Below are positions 1 through 10,336 of a stretch of 64,000 nucleotides of DNA, piece by piece. Position 1 is the first letter of the stretch, and the number at the start of each line of letters is the position of its first letter. The stretch comes from an uncultured Verrucomicrobiae bacterium. Lineage in GTDB: Bacteria; Verrucomicrobiota; Verrucomicrobiia; Chthoniobacterales; Chthoniobacteraceae. The stretch is from contig CAVYKI010000010.1 in assembly GCA_963769025.1 (NCBI GenBank), forward strand, positions 352,001 through 416,000, written 5' to 3'. The translations under genes were made by a program, and so were the position numbers. Under the pieces are notes generated by a model. The model saw only the letters and a list, made by a program, of their open reading frames with translations, was not told the origin of the DNA and ran no database searches.

Positions 1-147
1 CGGCGCGGGCTCGTCCACGATGTCATCCACGAGCCGGCAGAACGCGTAGAACGTGCTCATGTCGCGCCGCCGATCCTTGGGCAGCGCGGCGAAGGCGAGC
101 GCGAGGTTCGACTTGCTCGCGCGGGTGATTTTCTCTGCTTCCGTCAT
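1..147 (-). CDS. Squalene/phytoene synthase family protein (HpnD-like), 5' part only, runs off window
   Basis: Manual translation from ATG at 147: MTEAEKITRASKSNLALAFAALPKDRRRDMSTFYAFCRLVDDIVDEP; YAFCRxxDDxxD is the first Asp-rich motif of squalene/phytoene synthases. Confidence 0.8.
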   Translation of the reverse strand, partial: MTEAEKITRASKSNLALAFAALPKDRRRDMSTFYAFCRLVDDIVDEPAP

Positions 148-252
148 GGCAGGGATGTAACGCAGCCAGCCGCAAGGAGGGCAAGCAAAGGCAGGGCGCG
201 GCAGCCGGGCGACAACCCGATCGTTCCAGTGGGGAGAACCGGGCAGATGAGT

Positions 253-279
253 GGGCGCTTTCGGCGAAAGCGCCCTACC
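253..279 (-). repeat. GTAG-type REP-like hairpin
   Basis: Minus strand reads GGTAGGGCGCTTTCGCCGAAAGCGCCC: GTAG followed by an 11-bp perfect stem. Confidence 0.55.
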
Positions 280-281
280 AA

Positions 282-321
282 ATGCGACGCCGCATCCCCT
301 CGCGAGGACGCGGCGTGCATT
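282..321 (-). terminator. Possible hairpin terminator downstream of nrdJ
   Basis: ACGCCGC...GCGGCGT stem about 120 nt after the nrdJ stop; U-tract is weak. Confidence 0.35.
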
Positions 322-441
322 GGTTGGGCTGAGCTTTCTCCGGCTGACGCGCGCGTCAGTCAGCGAGGACGGGGCCGGAGCCTTCGTCGCGAATCTGTGT
401 CTTGTTCTTGTCGCTCATCGGGTGGTTCGGGCGTTTGGAAA

Positions 442-3400
442 CTAGCTGCAGCCCTGGCTGGTGCCGCACTCGGTGCAGCAGCCACAGGCGCCGGCGCGGA
501 TGACTTTGTTGCTGCCGCAGTTTGAGCACGGTGATGTCCATGAACATGTGGCCCAGCGCCGCTTTCAGTTGGTCGGCATGCGTGTTGCCGGGGACCTTGA
601 TTTGCGGATGCCCGTCGTTGCCGCCGGAGTTTGTGATGATGTCGATCACCCCGGTCTCGCCGGTGCGTTCGAGTTCGGGCACGGGGCGGTTCAGGGATTG
701 TTTTTCGATGCCGGCCAGTTCCTTGAGCGGCAGTTCGGCCTGCGCCTTGTTCGGCGAGGTGGCCTCCTTGTAGCCCTTGATGAACTGGCAGCCGAGCCAG
801 CGGAACACGTAGTCGGTGATGCTGCTCGCATTGCGGATGTCGGGGTTCTTCGTGAAACCGCTCGGCTCGAAGCGCGAGTAGGCAAACTTGCTGACCATGC
901 TCTGGAGCGGCACGCCGTACTGCAGCGCCATCGAGGTGAGCGCGCCGACGGTGTCCATGAGGCCGCCAATGGTGCTGCCTTCCTTTTGCATCTGGATGAA
1001 CAGCTCGCCCGGCTGGCCGTCCTCAAACATGCCGACGGTGATGTAGCCCTCGTGGCCGGCGATGTCGAATTTGTGCGTGAGCGAGACGCGCGTGTCGGAC
1101 ATGCGGCGGCGCACAGGCTGGTCGGCCTGTTTGCGGAGTTCGGTCATCTCGTTCTCAAGGTCGATGATGCGGGTTTCGAGCTGGGCCTTGTCGTTGAGGA
1201 CCGCCTCGACATCGGCGAATGAGCCGTCGCCGCTGGCTGCGCTGGCACTCACATTGTTGCTGCCGTGCTTTTTCTTGTCCGCGGAGAGCGGGGCGCTGCG
1301 CTTCGAGCCGTCGCGGTAAATCGCGATGGCCTTCAGCCCGAGCTGCCAGCCTTCGATGTAGGTGTTCATGATGTCCTCGACGGTCGCGGTCGAGGGCAGG
1401 TTCACCGTCTTGGAGATCGCGCCGCTGAGGAACGGCTGCGCGGCGGCCATCATCTTGATGTGTGCACGGTAGTGGAGGCTGCGCTGGCCTTGATGCGGCT
1501 TGAAGGCGCAGTCGAACACCGTGAGGTGCTCCTCGCGGAGGCCGGATTTCACGACCTGGCCGCTGTCCTCGTCCTGCACGTCCTCGATGGTGTCGTACTT
1601 TTCAATGTGGGCGACGATGCGCTTCGATCTCGTCGGGGGCGTAGCCGAGGCCGCGCAGCGCGGGCTTCACGGTCTGGTTCACGATTTTCAACATGCCGCC
1701 GCCTGCGAGCAGCTTGTATTTCACGAGCGCGATGTCGGGCTCGATGCCCGTGGTGTCGCAATCCATCAGGAAACCGATGGTGCCGGTCGGCGCCAGCACG
1801 GTGACCTGCGCATTGCGGTAGCCATGCTTTTTGCCGAGCGAAAGTGCGGAGTCCCACACGCGGCGCGCTTCGTTTTTCAGCTCGGCGAAGCCGTTGCTCG
1901 CGCCGATCTGTTCGACGCTCTCGCGGTGGAGCTTCATGACTTCGAGCATCGGCTTCACGTTGTCCTTCGCGAGCGGCTTCGGGATGCCGCTGCAGCGCGC
2001 GTCCTTGTAGCCGGGGAACGGCCCCATCGCCTGCGCCATGCGGGCGCTCTGCTCGTAGGCGTGGCCGGTCATGATGGACGTGATGGCGCCGGCGAGCGCG
2101 CGGCCCTCGTCGCTGTCGTAGCCGAGGCCGTAGCTCATGATGAGCGAGCCGAGGTTGGCGTAGCCGAGGCCGAGCGTGCGGAAGATGTGCGAATTCTCGG
2201 CGATTTCCTTGATGGGATAGCTCGCGTTATCGACGACGATTTCCTGTGCGGTGATGAAGATGCGCACGGCGGCCTTGAAGCGCTCCACGTCGAATGCGCC
2301 GTCGGCCTTCTTGAATTTCATCAGGTTCAGCGAGGCGAGATTGCACGCCGTGTCGTCGAGGAAGAGATATTCCGAGCACGGATTGGTGCTGTTCTGGCGG
2401 TCGGTGCCCTTGCAGGTGTGCCACTTGTGAATGGTCGTATCGAACTGCATCCCGGGGTCGCCGCAGACGTAGGTGCCCTCGGCGATCTTGCGGAGCAGCG
2501 TGCGCGCGTCCTTTTTCTCGGCCGGCTTGCCGTCGGTCACGCGCTTCGTCCACCACTCGCGGCCGGCGATGGCGGCGTCCATGAATTCGTCGCTCACACG
2601 CACCGAGAGGTTCTCATTCTGGAACATCACCGAGCCATAGGCGTCGCCATTGAACGAGCCGTCGTAGCCGGCCTCGATGAGCGCCCACGCCTTTTTCTCC
2701 TCCTTGGTCTTGGCCTCGATGAACTCCTCGATGTCGGGATGCCAGTCCTTGAGCGTGTTCATCTTCGCCGCGCGGCGCGTCTTGCCGCCGGACTTCACGA
2801 CGTTCGCGACCTGGTCATAGACCTTCAGGAAGCTGAGCGGTCCGCTCGGGCGTCCGCCGCCGGAGAGTTTCTCGCGCGTCGAGCGCAGCGAGGAAAGGTC
2901 GGTGCCGGTGCCGCTGCCGAACTTGAACAGCATCGCCTCCGAATGCGCGAGGTGCATGATGGACTCCATCGTGTCCTCGACGCGCTGGATGAAGCACGCG
3001 CTGCACTGCGGGTATTCGTACTGCGTGGGGGCGCGGCGCGCGATCTTGGTCTCGCGGTCGATGAAGAAATTTCCCTCCCCGCGCCCGGCACCCGTCCCGT
3101 ATTGCTGGTAGAGCCCGCAGTTGAACCACACGGGCGAATTGAACGCGCCAAACTGATTCACGCACAGCCAGGTGAGTTCGTTGTAAAAAGTGTCCGCCGA
3201 GTCCTTGTCGGCGAAATAGCCGTCCTTCATCCCCCAATCGGTGATGGTGCGCGTGACGCGATGGATGAGCTGCTTGACCGACCGCTCACGGCCGCCCTTG
3301 TAGGGATCGGTGCCCTTCGCGACGTCGCCGTAGAAATACTTCGAGACGGCGATTTTCGTCGCCAGCGCCGACCACGCCCGCGGGAACCTCGATGTCTTCC

Positions 3401-3618
3401 TGCTTGAAGATCGCCTTGCCCGTGTCGTCGGTGATTTCGGCCGTGCGGAGCACCCACTCGACCTGATCAAACGGCGCGACGGCCGGGTCGCTGAAAACCC
3501 GGTCAAATTGGAGACCTTTTGGAGACAAACGGACCGCCGAACGGCGGTTGGACGGAGCGGCGGGACGGACGCTTTTGGAGCGACGGGAGGACATCAGTTT
3601 GGGCGTAGTGGTTGGCAT
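442..3618 (-). CDS. nrdJ: Vitamin B12-dependent (class II) ribonucleotide reductase; three apparent frameshifts (~3385, ~1610, ~530)
   Basis: Joined ORFs 3286-3618, 1602-3506 and 356-1579 give FNSPVWFN, QCSACFI, TNPCSEY (radical Cys), APTGTI, AISKTVN, YRDGSK and a TSCPD-like region; a shifted frame at the end reads CSNCGSNKVIRAGACGCCTECGTSQGCS* (stop 442-444). Confidence 0.93.
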
Positions 3619-3694
3619 TGTGAGTAACTTGGTGAGAAGTGTGGGAGCACCCGACCAAGAACCGGTGAATTGCTAGGGGTAAACCTGTGAACAA

Positions 3695-3742
3695 CCACAC
3701 TATCTTGGGCGCGGGGTGAGATGAAACCACAACCAGTAGGGG
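3695..3742. promoter_or_regulatory. Tandem NrdR-box-like operators upstream of nrdJ
   Basis: ccaCACTATCTTGggc (3695-3710) and ccaCAACCAGTAGggg (3727-3742) resemble the acaCwAtATaTwGtg consensus and are 32 bp apart. Confidence 0.6.
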
Positions 3743-4006
3743 TATCCAAGAAAAAACTACGGCAGTCCGAAGAAAAGATTTCAGGCGTGAATTTATGCTT
3801 GCCAGCAGCCCCATCGGCCGCTCCCCAAGACAAAAAAACGCTTCCAAGACGGGCCCACCGTGGAACCCGCATAAACCGCCCCATTCGCGGGGATCGAGGC
3901 CCGCAAAGCGGCATCATCACACAGTGGAACGCGCGCATGGAAATCCGGTTAATTCCGGTGACGAAAGCCTCGTGCTCGCGACTGCGAAAATCAACCGCTC
4001 CGCCCG

Positions 4007-5216
4007 CTAAATCTTCCATCGCTTGTGCATCCAGATCCACTGCTCGGGATGCCGCAGCAGCGCCCGCTCCAGCGCGGCGTTGAACGCCCGCGCAGTCAGC
4101 CGGATCGCCTCGCTCGTATTCTCGTGTTCGACGACAGGCACCGGGTCCTCGAATCGCAGCACGTGCGTGCCATCCGGCTCGCGCCAGCTCGTGGCGGGAA
4201 TCACCGGCGCCCCCGTATCCATCGCGATGATGGGCAGGCTGCGGAAGGTGTTCGCGGGCTTGCCGAGAAAGTCCGCGACCACGCCCTCGCGCATCGTCGC
4301 GTGCTGGTCGTAGATGAAGACCACGATCCGCTGCTGCGCGAGAAGATCGAGGATCGTGTCGAGCGAACCGCGCTTGGCGATGGTGCCAAATCCCGCTCGA
4401 CGGAACCGCCAGGTCACATACGCGTTCAGCGGCGCCGGCTTCAGCGGCCTGCGCACGAAGTGGAACAGCCCCTTGAACTGCGAAAACTGCCCGATGCCCG
4501 CGACGGTCGCGACCTCCCAATTTCCGAAGTGCCCCGTGAGCAGCAGCACCCCCTTCCCCTGCGCGTGCGCGCGCTAACGCAGCCTCCATGTTCTCCACGC
4601 GAATCATCGCCCTTTTTCGTTTCGCGGACATCCACGGCAGCCGGAAAAATTCGCCGAGGAAACGCGCGAAATGCCCGTAGTAGGCCTGCGCAAGCCGTCG
4701 CAGATTTTCCTCGGAGAGCACATCACCGAAGACGCGCCGCATGTTCGCCATCACGGTGCCTCGCTTGATCGGCAGCAGGTGGTAAAAGAGCTTCCCGAAC
4801 CACGGCACCTCGATCCGTTTCGTCTCCGCGACCGCGACCGCCGATGCGCTTGTGTCCGTGTGCGTCAGCGACAGCCGGATCTCGCTGATGAATGCACGGT
4901 TCATCGCAGTCCGTGCAGCGGGGCTCGCCTCGATGCCCGGCGCGCCGTAGCCGTCCTTGCGGACGGAAAAATCATACGGCTCGATGGTCCCGAGAGCCGT
5001 CTCGCGCGGGAACAGCTTGCAGCACGCCTCCTTCGCCGCAAAACGCGCCGCAAGGCTCGCGGCGCGACCCGGACCTTCGCCGGCATCCGCGAGCTCCTGT
5101 TCGCTGAAAAATCTCCGCAGGTCCGCCGGCGATGTGTCGCGCAAGAGCTTCTCGATCCGCGCGACCTCGACCGTGTCGATCCCGCACCGCGCCGAGGGCG
5201 GCGGCTCCGGATTCAT
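4007..5216 (-). CDS. Fusion of holo-ACP synthase (AcpS-type PPTase) and lipid A/lysophospholipid acyltransferase (HtrB/LpxL family); one frameshift ~4575
   Basis: N-part CGIDTVEVARIE...SLAARFAAKEACCK...LSLTHT (AcpS) runs in frame into an acyltransferase N-terminus; ORF 4007-4549 has HFGNWE, DQH and PEQWIWMHKRWK. Confidence 0.8.
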
Positions 5217-6499
5217 CACGGCTGCGCCGCGCGGACCACGAGCGCGACATTCATCCCGCCAAAGCCACGGCAAATCACCAGCGCCACGTCGCTGCGCGGC
5301 TTCTGCGCATCGCGCGAGACGGGCAGGCCGGAAAATTCCGGGTCCACGGCATTCAGCGTCGGCACGCCGGGCACCACGCCGTGCCGCAGGGCCTCCAGCG
5401 CGAGGACGAGATCCAAAATCCCCGACGCTGCGAGAAGGTGCCCGACGCACCACTTGAACGCCGTAACAGGCGGCGGATTGCCGCCGAATACCCGCAGAAT
5501 TCCTTTCGCCTCCGAGGCGTCGGATGCGGGCGTGCCGTTGCCGTGCGCGACGATCATGCCGACCTGTGCTGGCGTGATTCCCGCATCCGCCAGTGCGAGC
5601 GCGATGGCGCGCGCGGGACCGTCTCCATCCGGGCGCAAGTCCACGACGCCGGTCCCCTCCGTCACGCAACCGTGGCCGAGAAACTCGCCGAGGATCGCCG
5701 CCTTGCGGGCCTGCGCACCGTCGAATTTTTCCAACATCACCGCTGCGGCGCCCTCGCCGAAAACCGTCCCCGAGCGGTCCCGGTCAAACGGCCGCAGCAC
5801 GTCCGACGAAGCCAGCCCGAGCGTATGGTAGCCGAGCACCGTCTCCGGCTCGATCGGCGTGTCGTGCCCGACCGCGGCGATGCGATCCGCCTCGTCCGCG
5901 CGCAGAGACTCGGCGGCTTCCGCGACGGCGAGCACTCCGCCGGCGCATTGGTTCGTGATGCACGCGTTCGTGCCCTTGAACATGTGCCGGATGCCCACGT
6001 GGCAGAGCACGTTGTTCGGGAGATTTTTCAGCAGCCACATCGGATTCACGGACGCGCCGAGTTCCCCGCCGAACTTCCGCATGTCGCCGCCCGCCTCCGT
6101 CATCAGCGGGAAGTATTCGTAGTTGCTCCTGAAGGTGCCGCCGCCCGAGCCGATCACGAGTCCGCTGCGGTCGTTGAAATGCGGCACCTCCGTCGCGTCG
6201 AGTGTCTCCCGGTAGGCCGGAATGCCGGACGATTTGATCGCCTCGCCGCCCGCGTAGATGCCGAAGAGGTCCGTGCGCGAAATGCTCTTATGCAGCTTGC
6301 GATCCTCGACCAGTTCCTGGTTCTTCACGCCGTTCACGGCTGCGGCCACTTTCACGGGCCAGCGTTCGGCGTCCCATTCCGCGATCGGCGTCACGGCGGA
6401 CTGCCCGTTGAGCACTGCAGCCCAGATTTTCTCCACGGCGAGGCCCGCGCCGCAGACTGCGCCGCTGCCGGTGATGGCGATGCGAGGTGAAGTGCTCAT
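5216..6499 (-). CDS. Beta-ketoacyl-ACP synthase (FabF-like, divergent second KS)
   Basis: TNQCAGG, RPFDRDRSGTVFGEGA, AHGNGT, GHLLAASG, GFGGMN. Confidence 0.88.
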   Translation of the reverse strand: MSTSPRIAITGSGAVCGAGLAVEKIWAAVLNGQSAVTPIAEWDAERWPVKVAAAVNGVKNQELVEDRKLHKSISRTDLFGIYAGGEAIKSSGIPAYRETLDATEVPHFNDRSGLVIGSGGGTFRSNYEYFPLMTEAGGDMRKFGGELGASVNPMWLLKNLPNNVLCHVGIRHMFKGTNACITNQCAGGVLAVAEAAESLRADEADRIAAVGHDTPIEPETVLGYHTLGLASSDVLRPFDRDRSGTVFGEGAAAVMLEKFDGAQARKAAILGEFLGHGCVTEGTGVVDLRPDGDGPARAIALALADAGITPAQVGMIVAHGNGTPASDASEAKGILRVFGGNPPPVTAFKWCVGHLLAASGILDLVLALEALRHGVVPGVPTLNAVDPEFSGLPVSRDAQKPRSDVALVICRGFGGMNVALVVRAAQP

Positions 6500-6502
6500 C
6501 CG

Positions 6503-7801
6503 TCAGGCCTCCACGAGATCGGGGTGGCGGAATGCGAGGCAACTGTTCGAGCCTCCAAAGCCGAGCGAATTGGAAAGCGCGGCGCGGATGCGCATCGGGC
6601 GCGACTGGCCGGTCACGAGGTTGATGTTGCTGCACTGAGGGTCGGGCGTCGCGAAGTTTGCGTTCACCGGCGCGATGCCGTCGCGGATCGCGAGCGCGCA
6701 CACCGCCGCCTCGGCCGCGCCGGCGGCGGCGATGAGGTGCCCCATGCAGCTCTTCGTCGAACTCACGGCGACATTTGGAAGATGGTCGCCCATCACCGCG
6801 CCGAGCGCGACGCACTCGCTGCGGTCGTTCATCATCGTCGAGGTGCCGTGCGCATTCACGTAGTCCACGTCCTCGGGGTTCATGCCCGCAAATGCGAGCG
6901 ATTGGCGGATCGCCTGAATGGGCCCGTCGCCATCCGGCGGCGTGTCGGTGATGCGGTAGCAGCTCAGCGAATTCCCGTCGCCCGCGAGCTCTGCATAAAT
7001 TTTCGCGCCGCGCGCGCGCGCCGCGTCCCATTTTTCCAGCACGAGAAATGTCGCGCCCTCGCCGAGCACGAAGCCGTTGCGCGTACCGTCGAACGGCCGG
7101 CTCGCGCGCTGGGGCGTGTCGTTGTCCGTCGAGAGCGCGCCGAGCAGGCAGAAGCCTGAGAGGCCGATCGGGTTCAGCATCGAATCAAAGCCGCCCGCGA
7201 GCATCGCGTCCACATTGCCACGCTGCATGACCTTCAGCGCGGTGCCGAGCGCCTGACCGCCGGACGAACACGCGGTATGCACCGCCGTCGCGTAGCCGCG
7301 GATGCCGAAATTCTTCGTGAGCAGCGCAAGTCCCGCGTTCGTCTGGCTGCGGCAGAACGCGACGGGGTCCGCGGGATAGCCCGGGGAGAGCAATCCGTCG
7401 GGGTGAAATTCACCGTCCGCCGCCGCGTGACGATGCACGCTTTCGAGTTGCTCGTACGTCACGCCCATCATTCCTGCGCCAACGACAAAGCCCCAGCGCT
7501 CGGCAGTCCCCGCGCTCGGCCGGATGCCCGCGTCGGCGAGCGCCTGTTCGGCGGCGTTCAGCGCGAAGCGGTGCGAGCGCGACGCGTACTTCAGCAGCCG
7601 TCGATCCGCGATCGCATTCTCGAAATCGAAGCCCTTCACCTCTGCGCCGATGCGTGTCGTAAAGCCGCTCGCGTCGAAAATCGTGATCGGTCCCGCTCCC
7701 GGCTTTCCGGCACGGAGCGCGTCCCAAGTCGCCGCCGTCGTGTTGCCGACGGGCGTGACCATGCCGATGCCTGTAATCGCGACGCGCACGCGCTGGTTCA
7801 T
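6503..7801 (-). CDS. fabF: Beta-ketoacyl-ACP synthase II (FabF-like)
   Basis: TACSSG, SRPFD..RNGFVLGEGA, NAHGTST, GHLIAAAG, NSLGFGGSN. Confidence 0.92.
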   Translation of the reverse strand: MNQRVRVAITGIGMVTPVGNTTAATWDALRAGKPGAGPITIFDASGFTTRIGAEVKGFDFENAIADRRLLKYASRSHRFALNAAEQALADAGIRPSAGTAERWGFVVGAGMMGVTYEQLESVHRHAAADGEFHPDGLLSPGYPADPVAFCRSQTNAGLALLTKNFGIRGYATAVHTACSSGGQALGTALKVMQRGNVDAMLAGGFDSMLNPIGLSGFCLLGALSTDNDTPQRASRPFDGTRNGFVLGEGATFLVLEKWDAARARGAKIYAELAGDGNSLSCYRITDTPPDGDGPIQAIRQSLAFAGMNPEDVDYVNAHGTSTMMNDRSECVALGAVMGDHLPNVAVSSTKSCMGHLIAAAGAAEAAVCALAIRDGIAPVNANFATPDPQCSNINLVTGQSRPMRIRAALSNSLGFGGSNSCLAFRHPDLVEA

Positions 7802-8670
7802 GCCGCGGCCTCCGGGGTGAGTTCGACGCGCGCCGCACCGAGCCGGCCCCTTTCGTTCCGCGTCTCGACGGAAATTTTCAACTCCTCGCCCTCATGGCGC
7901 ATCACCTTCGCCTCGAGGCCCAGCAGTTCGCCCGGCGAGATGAAATCGCGCAGCTTCATGTCCACGACCGCACGCGGCACCCACCGCGTGGCAGCACGCA
8001 CGGGCACGCTCGCGGCGAGCGCGGTGACGAGCTTCAGGTTCATATTCATGAGCAGGGTGCCGGGAAACACGGGACGTCTTGGAAAATGGTCGCCGAAGAA
8101 AGCAGCGTCCGCGGGAACCTGCAACTTCGCGCGTGCCTTCATTTGCGGCCCCTCCTCGACCGCCAGCCCCTCGAGCGAAAACACCGGCACGCCCGTGGCC
8201 GCGAACGCGCCCGGCACCGCGCCTTCGCCGCGCAGCAGAGCGAGGCGAGCCCGGAGCAGCTCGGGATCGTCAAATTCACCAATCGGCACCATCGGTCCCA
8301 TGCAGTGATGCAGCCGCAGCACCGGCTCGCCGTTCACCGACGCGCAGCCGCCGTAGGCCACGTCGCTGGTGTCCGCGTTTTCGAGTTCGGCGGAAAGTTC
8401 GAGCGTGTCGCCGGGCCCCACTTCGCGCAGCAGCTCGACGCGGCCCGCAAGCCCCGCGACTGGACGGTGCGAAAAATCAATCTTCGCCATCGCCGCCCAC
8501 GCCGCGAGCTGCCCGGTCGCCTCCGCCACAAGGGACAGCGGAAACGCCGTGTGCGACATCGGAAACTCCGCAAGCCCCGCCGGGATCGCGTAGCTCCCGG
8601 AAATCCGCACGCCCGGCTCGATTGCAGTGATGCGATCGACAAACGAGAATGCGCGGAAATGGTGGTCCAT
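7798..8670 (-). CDS. Double-hotdog 3-hydroxyacyl-ACP dehydratase (FabZ/FabA-like)
   Basis: FSFVDRI and LVAEATGQLAAW in the first domain; FFGDHFPRRPVFPGTLL in the second. Confidence 0.78.
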   Translation of the reverse strand: MDHHFRAFSFVDRITAIEPGVRISGSYAIPAGLAEFPMSHTAFPLSLVAEATGQLAAWAAMAKIDFSHRPVAGLAGRVELLREVGPGDTLELSAELENADTSDVAYGGCASVNGEPVLRLHHCMGPMVPIGEFDDPELLRARLALLRGEGAVPGAFAATGVPVFSLEGLAVEEGPQMKARAKLQVPADAAFFGDHFPRRPVFPGTLLMNMNLKLVTALAASVPVRAATRWVPRAVVDMKLRDFISPGELLGLEAKVMRHEGEELKISVETRNERGRLGAARVELTPEAAA

Positions 8671-8918
8671 CAGTGTGTGCGGTCAGTTAGCCGGAACGAT
8701 GCGGTGCAAATCAACCGCGAAGAATGCGAAGCTCACCTGCCCGGCGCAATCGGCCGCAACCGCGCAAACACTCCGCCCGCCGCTCCCAATGCGGAGATCG
8801 AAACACGCGCACCCACCACCACCACAGACGAGGCCGGCGCCCGCCACGGGCACAGGCACCTTGCCCTCCTCATGGAAAGTGCTACTGGGTGCAATGTCCT
8901 CGCGCCTTTCTCCCTCCG

Positions 8919-9866
8919 GTGATCAGTAAATCTCTTCCTCTTCCTGCGACGGTGGATCGCAGGCACATCTTCTGGACTTACGGCATCACCATCCTCGTGG
9001 GGCATCTGCTCGCCTGCCTTGCTTTCGTGCCGTGGCTGTTCAGTTGGTCGGGGCTGGTTCTGCTGCTCTTGGGGCACATCGTCTTCGGCATGCTCGGCAT
9101 GACGCTCGGCTATCACCGGCTGCTGACCCACCGCGGCTTCACCTGCCCCCGCTGGCTCGAACACACCTTTGCCATTCTCGGTGTCTGCTGTCTGCAGGAC
9201 ACCCCGGCGCACTGGGTGGCCGTCCATCGCATGCACCACCAGCATTCCGACGAGCAGCCCGATCCGCACAGTCCACGGGTCACGGGTTTCTGGAGCCACA
9301 TGGGCTGGTTGTTTGTGAAAAATCGGGGTCACGGCCTCGAGATGCTCGATCGTTACGCCCGGGATCTTTTGCGCGACCGCTTTTACTTCCGGCTGGAACG
9401 CAGCCATTCTTGGATCGGGTATGTGCTGCTGCAATGGGTGATTTATTACGGGGCCGGATTCGCCGTGGGCTGGCTGACCGGGGGTGGCCCGGCGGCAGGC
9501 GTCCAGTTGGGGCTCAGCTGGCTCGTCTGGGGCGTCTTCGTGCGCACGGTCCTCGTCTGGCACATCACTTGGGCGGTCAATTCCGCCAGCCACATCTGGG
9601 GCTATCGCACCTACAAGACGGGGGAAAACAGCCGCAATAATTGGTTCGTGGCGCTGATCAGTTACGGCGAAGGCTGGCACAACAACCACCACGCCGAGCC
9701 GCGCTCCGCCGCCCACGGCCATCGCTGGTGGGAATTCGACATGACTTACGCGACGATCCGGCTTCTGCGCCTTCTTGGGCTGGCACGGAACGTCATCGAA
9801 CCCACAGGTCGGAGGCGTCCTTCCGTGAACGAAAGCAAAAGCAGTGAGATGGCAGACACGGACTGA
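8919..9866 (+). CDS. Membrane fatty-acid (delta-9 type) desaturase
   Basis: Three His boxes HRLLTH, HRMHH, HNNHH plus DPHSP and GEGWHNNHH; start at GTG 8919 is an estimate. Confidence 0.9.
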   Translation: MISKSLPLPATVDRRHIFWTYGITILVGHLLACLAFVPWLFSWSGLVLLLLGHIVFGMLGMTLGYHRLLTHRGFTCPRWLEHTFAILGVCCLQDTPAHWVAVHRMHHQHSDEQPDPHSPRVTGFWSHMGWLFVKNRGHGLEMLDRYARDLLRDRFYFRLERSHSWIGYVLLQWVIYYGAGFAVGWLTGGGPAAGVQLGLSWLVWGVFVRTVLVWHITWAVNSASHIWGYRTYKTGENSRNNWFVALISYGEGWHNNHHAEPRSAAHGHRWWEFDMTYATIRLLRLLGLARNVIEPTGRRRPSVNESKSSEMADTD

Positions 9867-9904
9867 GCGCCTGGAGCGCCGATTCGGAGCAGTGCCGGCG
9901 GAGG

Positions 9905-10330
9905 TTACGCCGCCGGCGTCGCCTTCTGCTGGCGGATGACCATCTTGGCGAAGGTCTCGACCGTGAAGAGCTTCGCGATCTCCGCAGCCTTCACCGGGGA
10001 CTTGATGCGGTCGGCGGGGACTTCGCTGAGGAATTCGCGCAGGCGCTGCTCGCCCGCGGGCGTGAGCGTGCCGCCTTTTTCAAACTCGGCCTCGGACAGC
10101 GGGCCGCGTGCGTCCTCGATGATTTTGCCGCGCGGGATCTTCACTTTGAACGCGCGCTCGAGGCGGAAGACGATGTCGAGGAAATCAATGGACTCCGCGC
10201 CGAGGTCGCCGATGAGCGACGAGTCGGGCTTCACATCGGCGGCGTCGCAGCCGAGCGCGTCGGCGATGGTGTCGGCGACCTTCGGGAGGATGGCGGAGAT
10301 TTCTTCGGTGGTGATGTTGGTGTTGCTCAT
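9905..10330 (-). CDS. Acyl carrier protein, extended form (141 aa)
   Basis: DLGAESIDFLDIVFRLERAF phosphopantetheine-site motif followed by an insert before LFTV. Confidence 0.88.
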   Translation of the reverse strand: MSNTNITTEEISAILPKVADTIADALGCDAADVKPDSSLIGDLGAESIDFLDIVFRLERAFKVKIPRGKIIEDARGPLSEAEFEKGGTLTPAGEQRLREFLSEVPADRIKSPVKAAEIAKLFTVETFAKMVIRQQKATPAA

Positions 10331-10336
10331 AAATTT

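Noticed and set aside
1500..3407. Long antisense ORFs (also 33099-35018, 37360-38787, 59792-61114 and others)
   Set aside because: Shadow ORFs opposite well-identified genes, expected in high-GC DNA with strong codon bias; no recognisable motifs.
442..3618. Intein, intron or natural split in nrdJ
   Set aside because: The fragments join directly by single-base shifts with no inserted sequence or splicing motifs.
3619..4006. Cobalamin riboswitch upstream of B12-dependent nrdJ
   Set aside because: No recognisable B12-box or conserved core seen by eye; an Rfam covariance search would be decisive.
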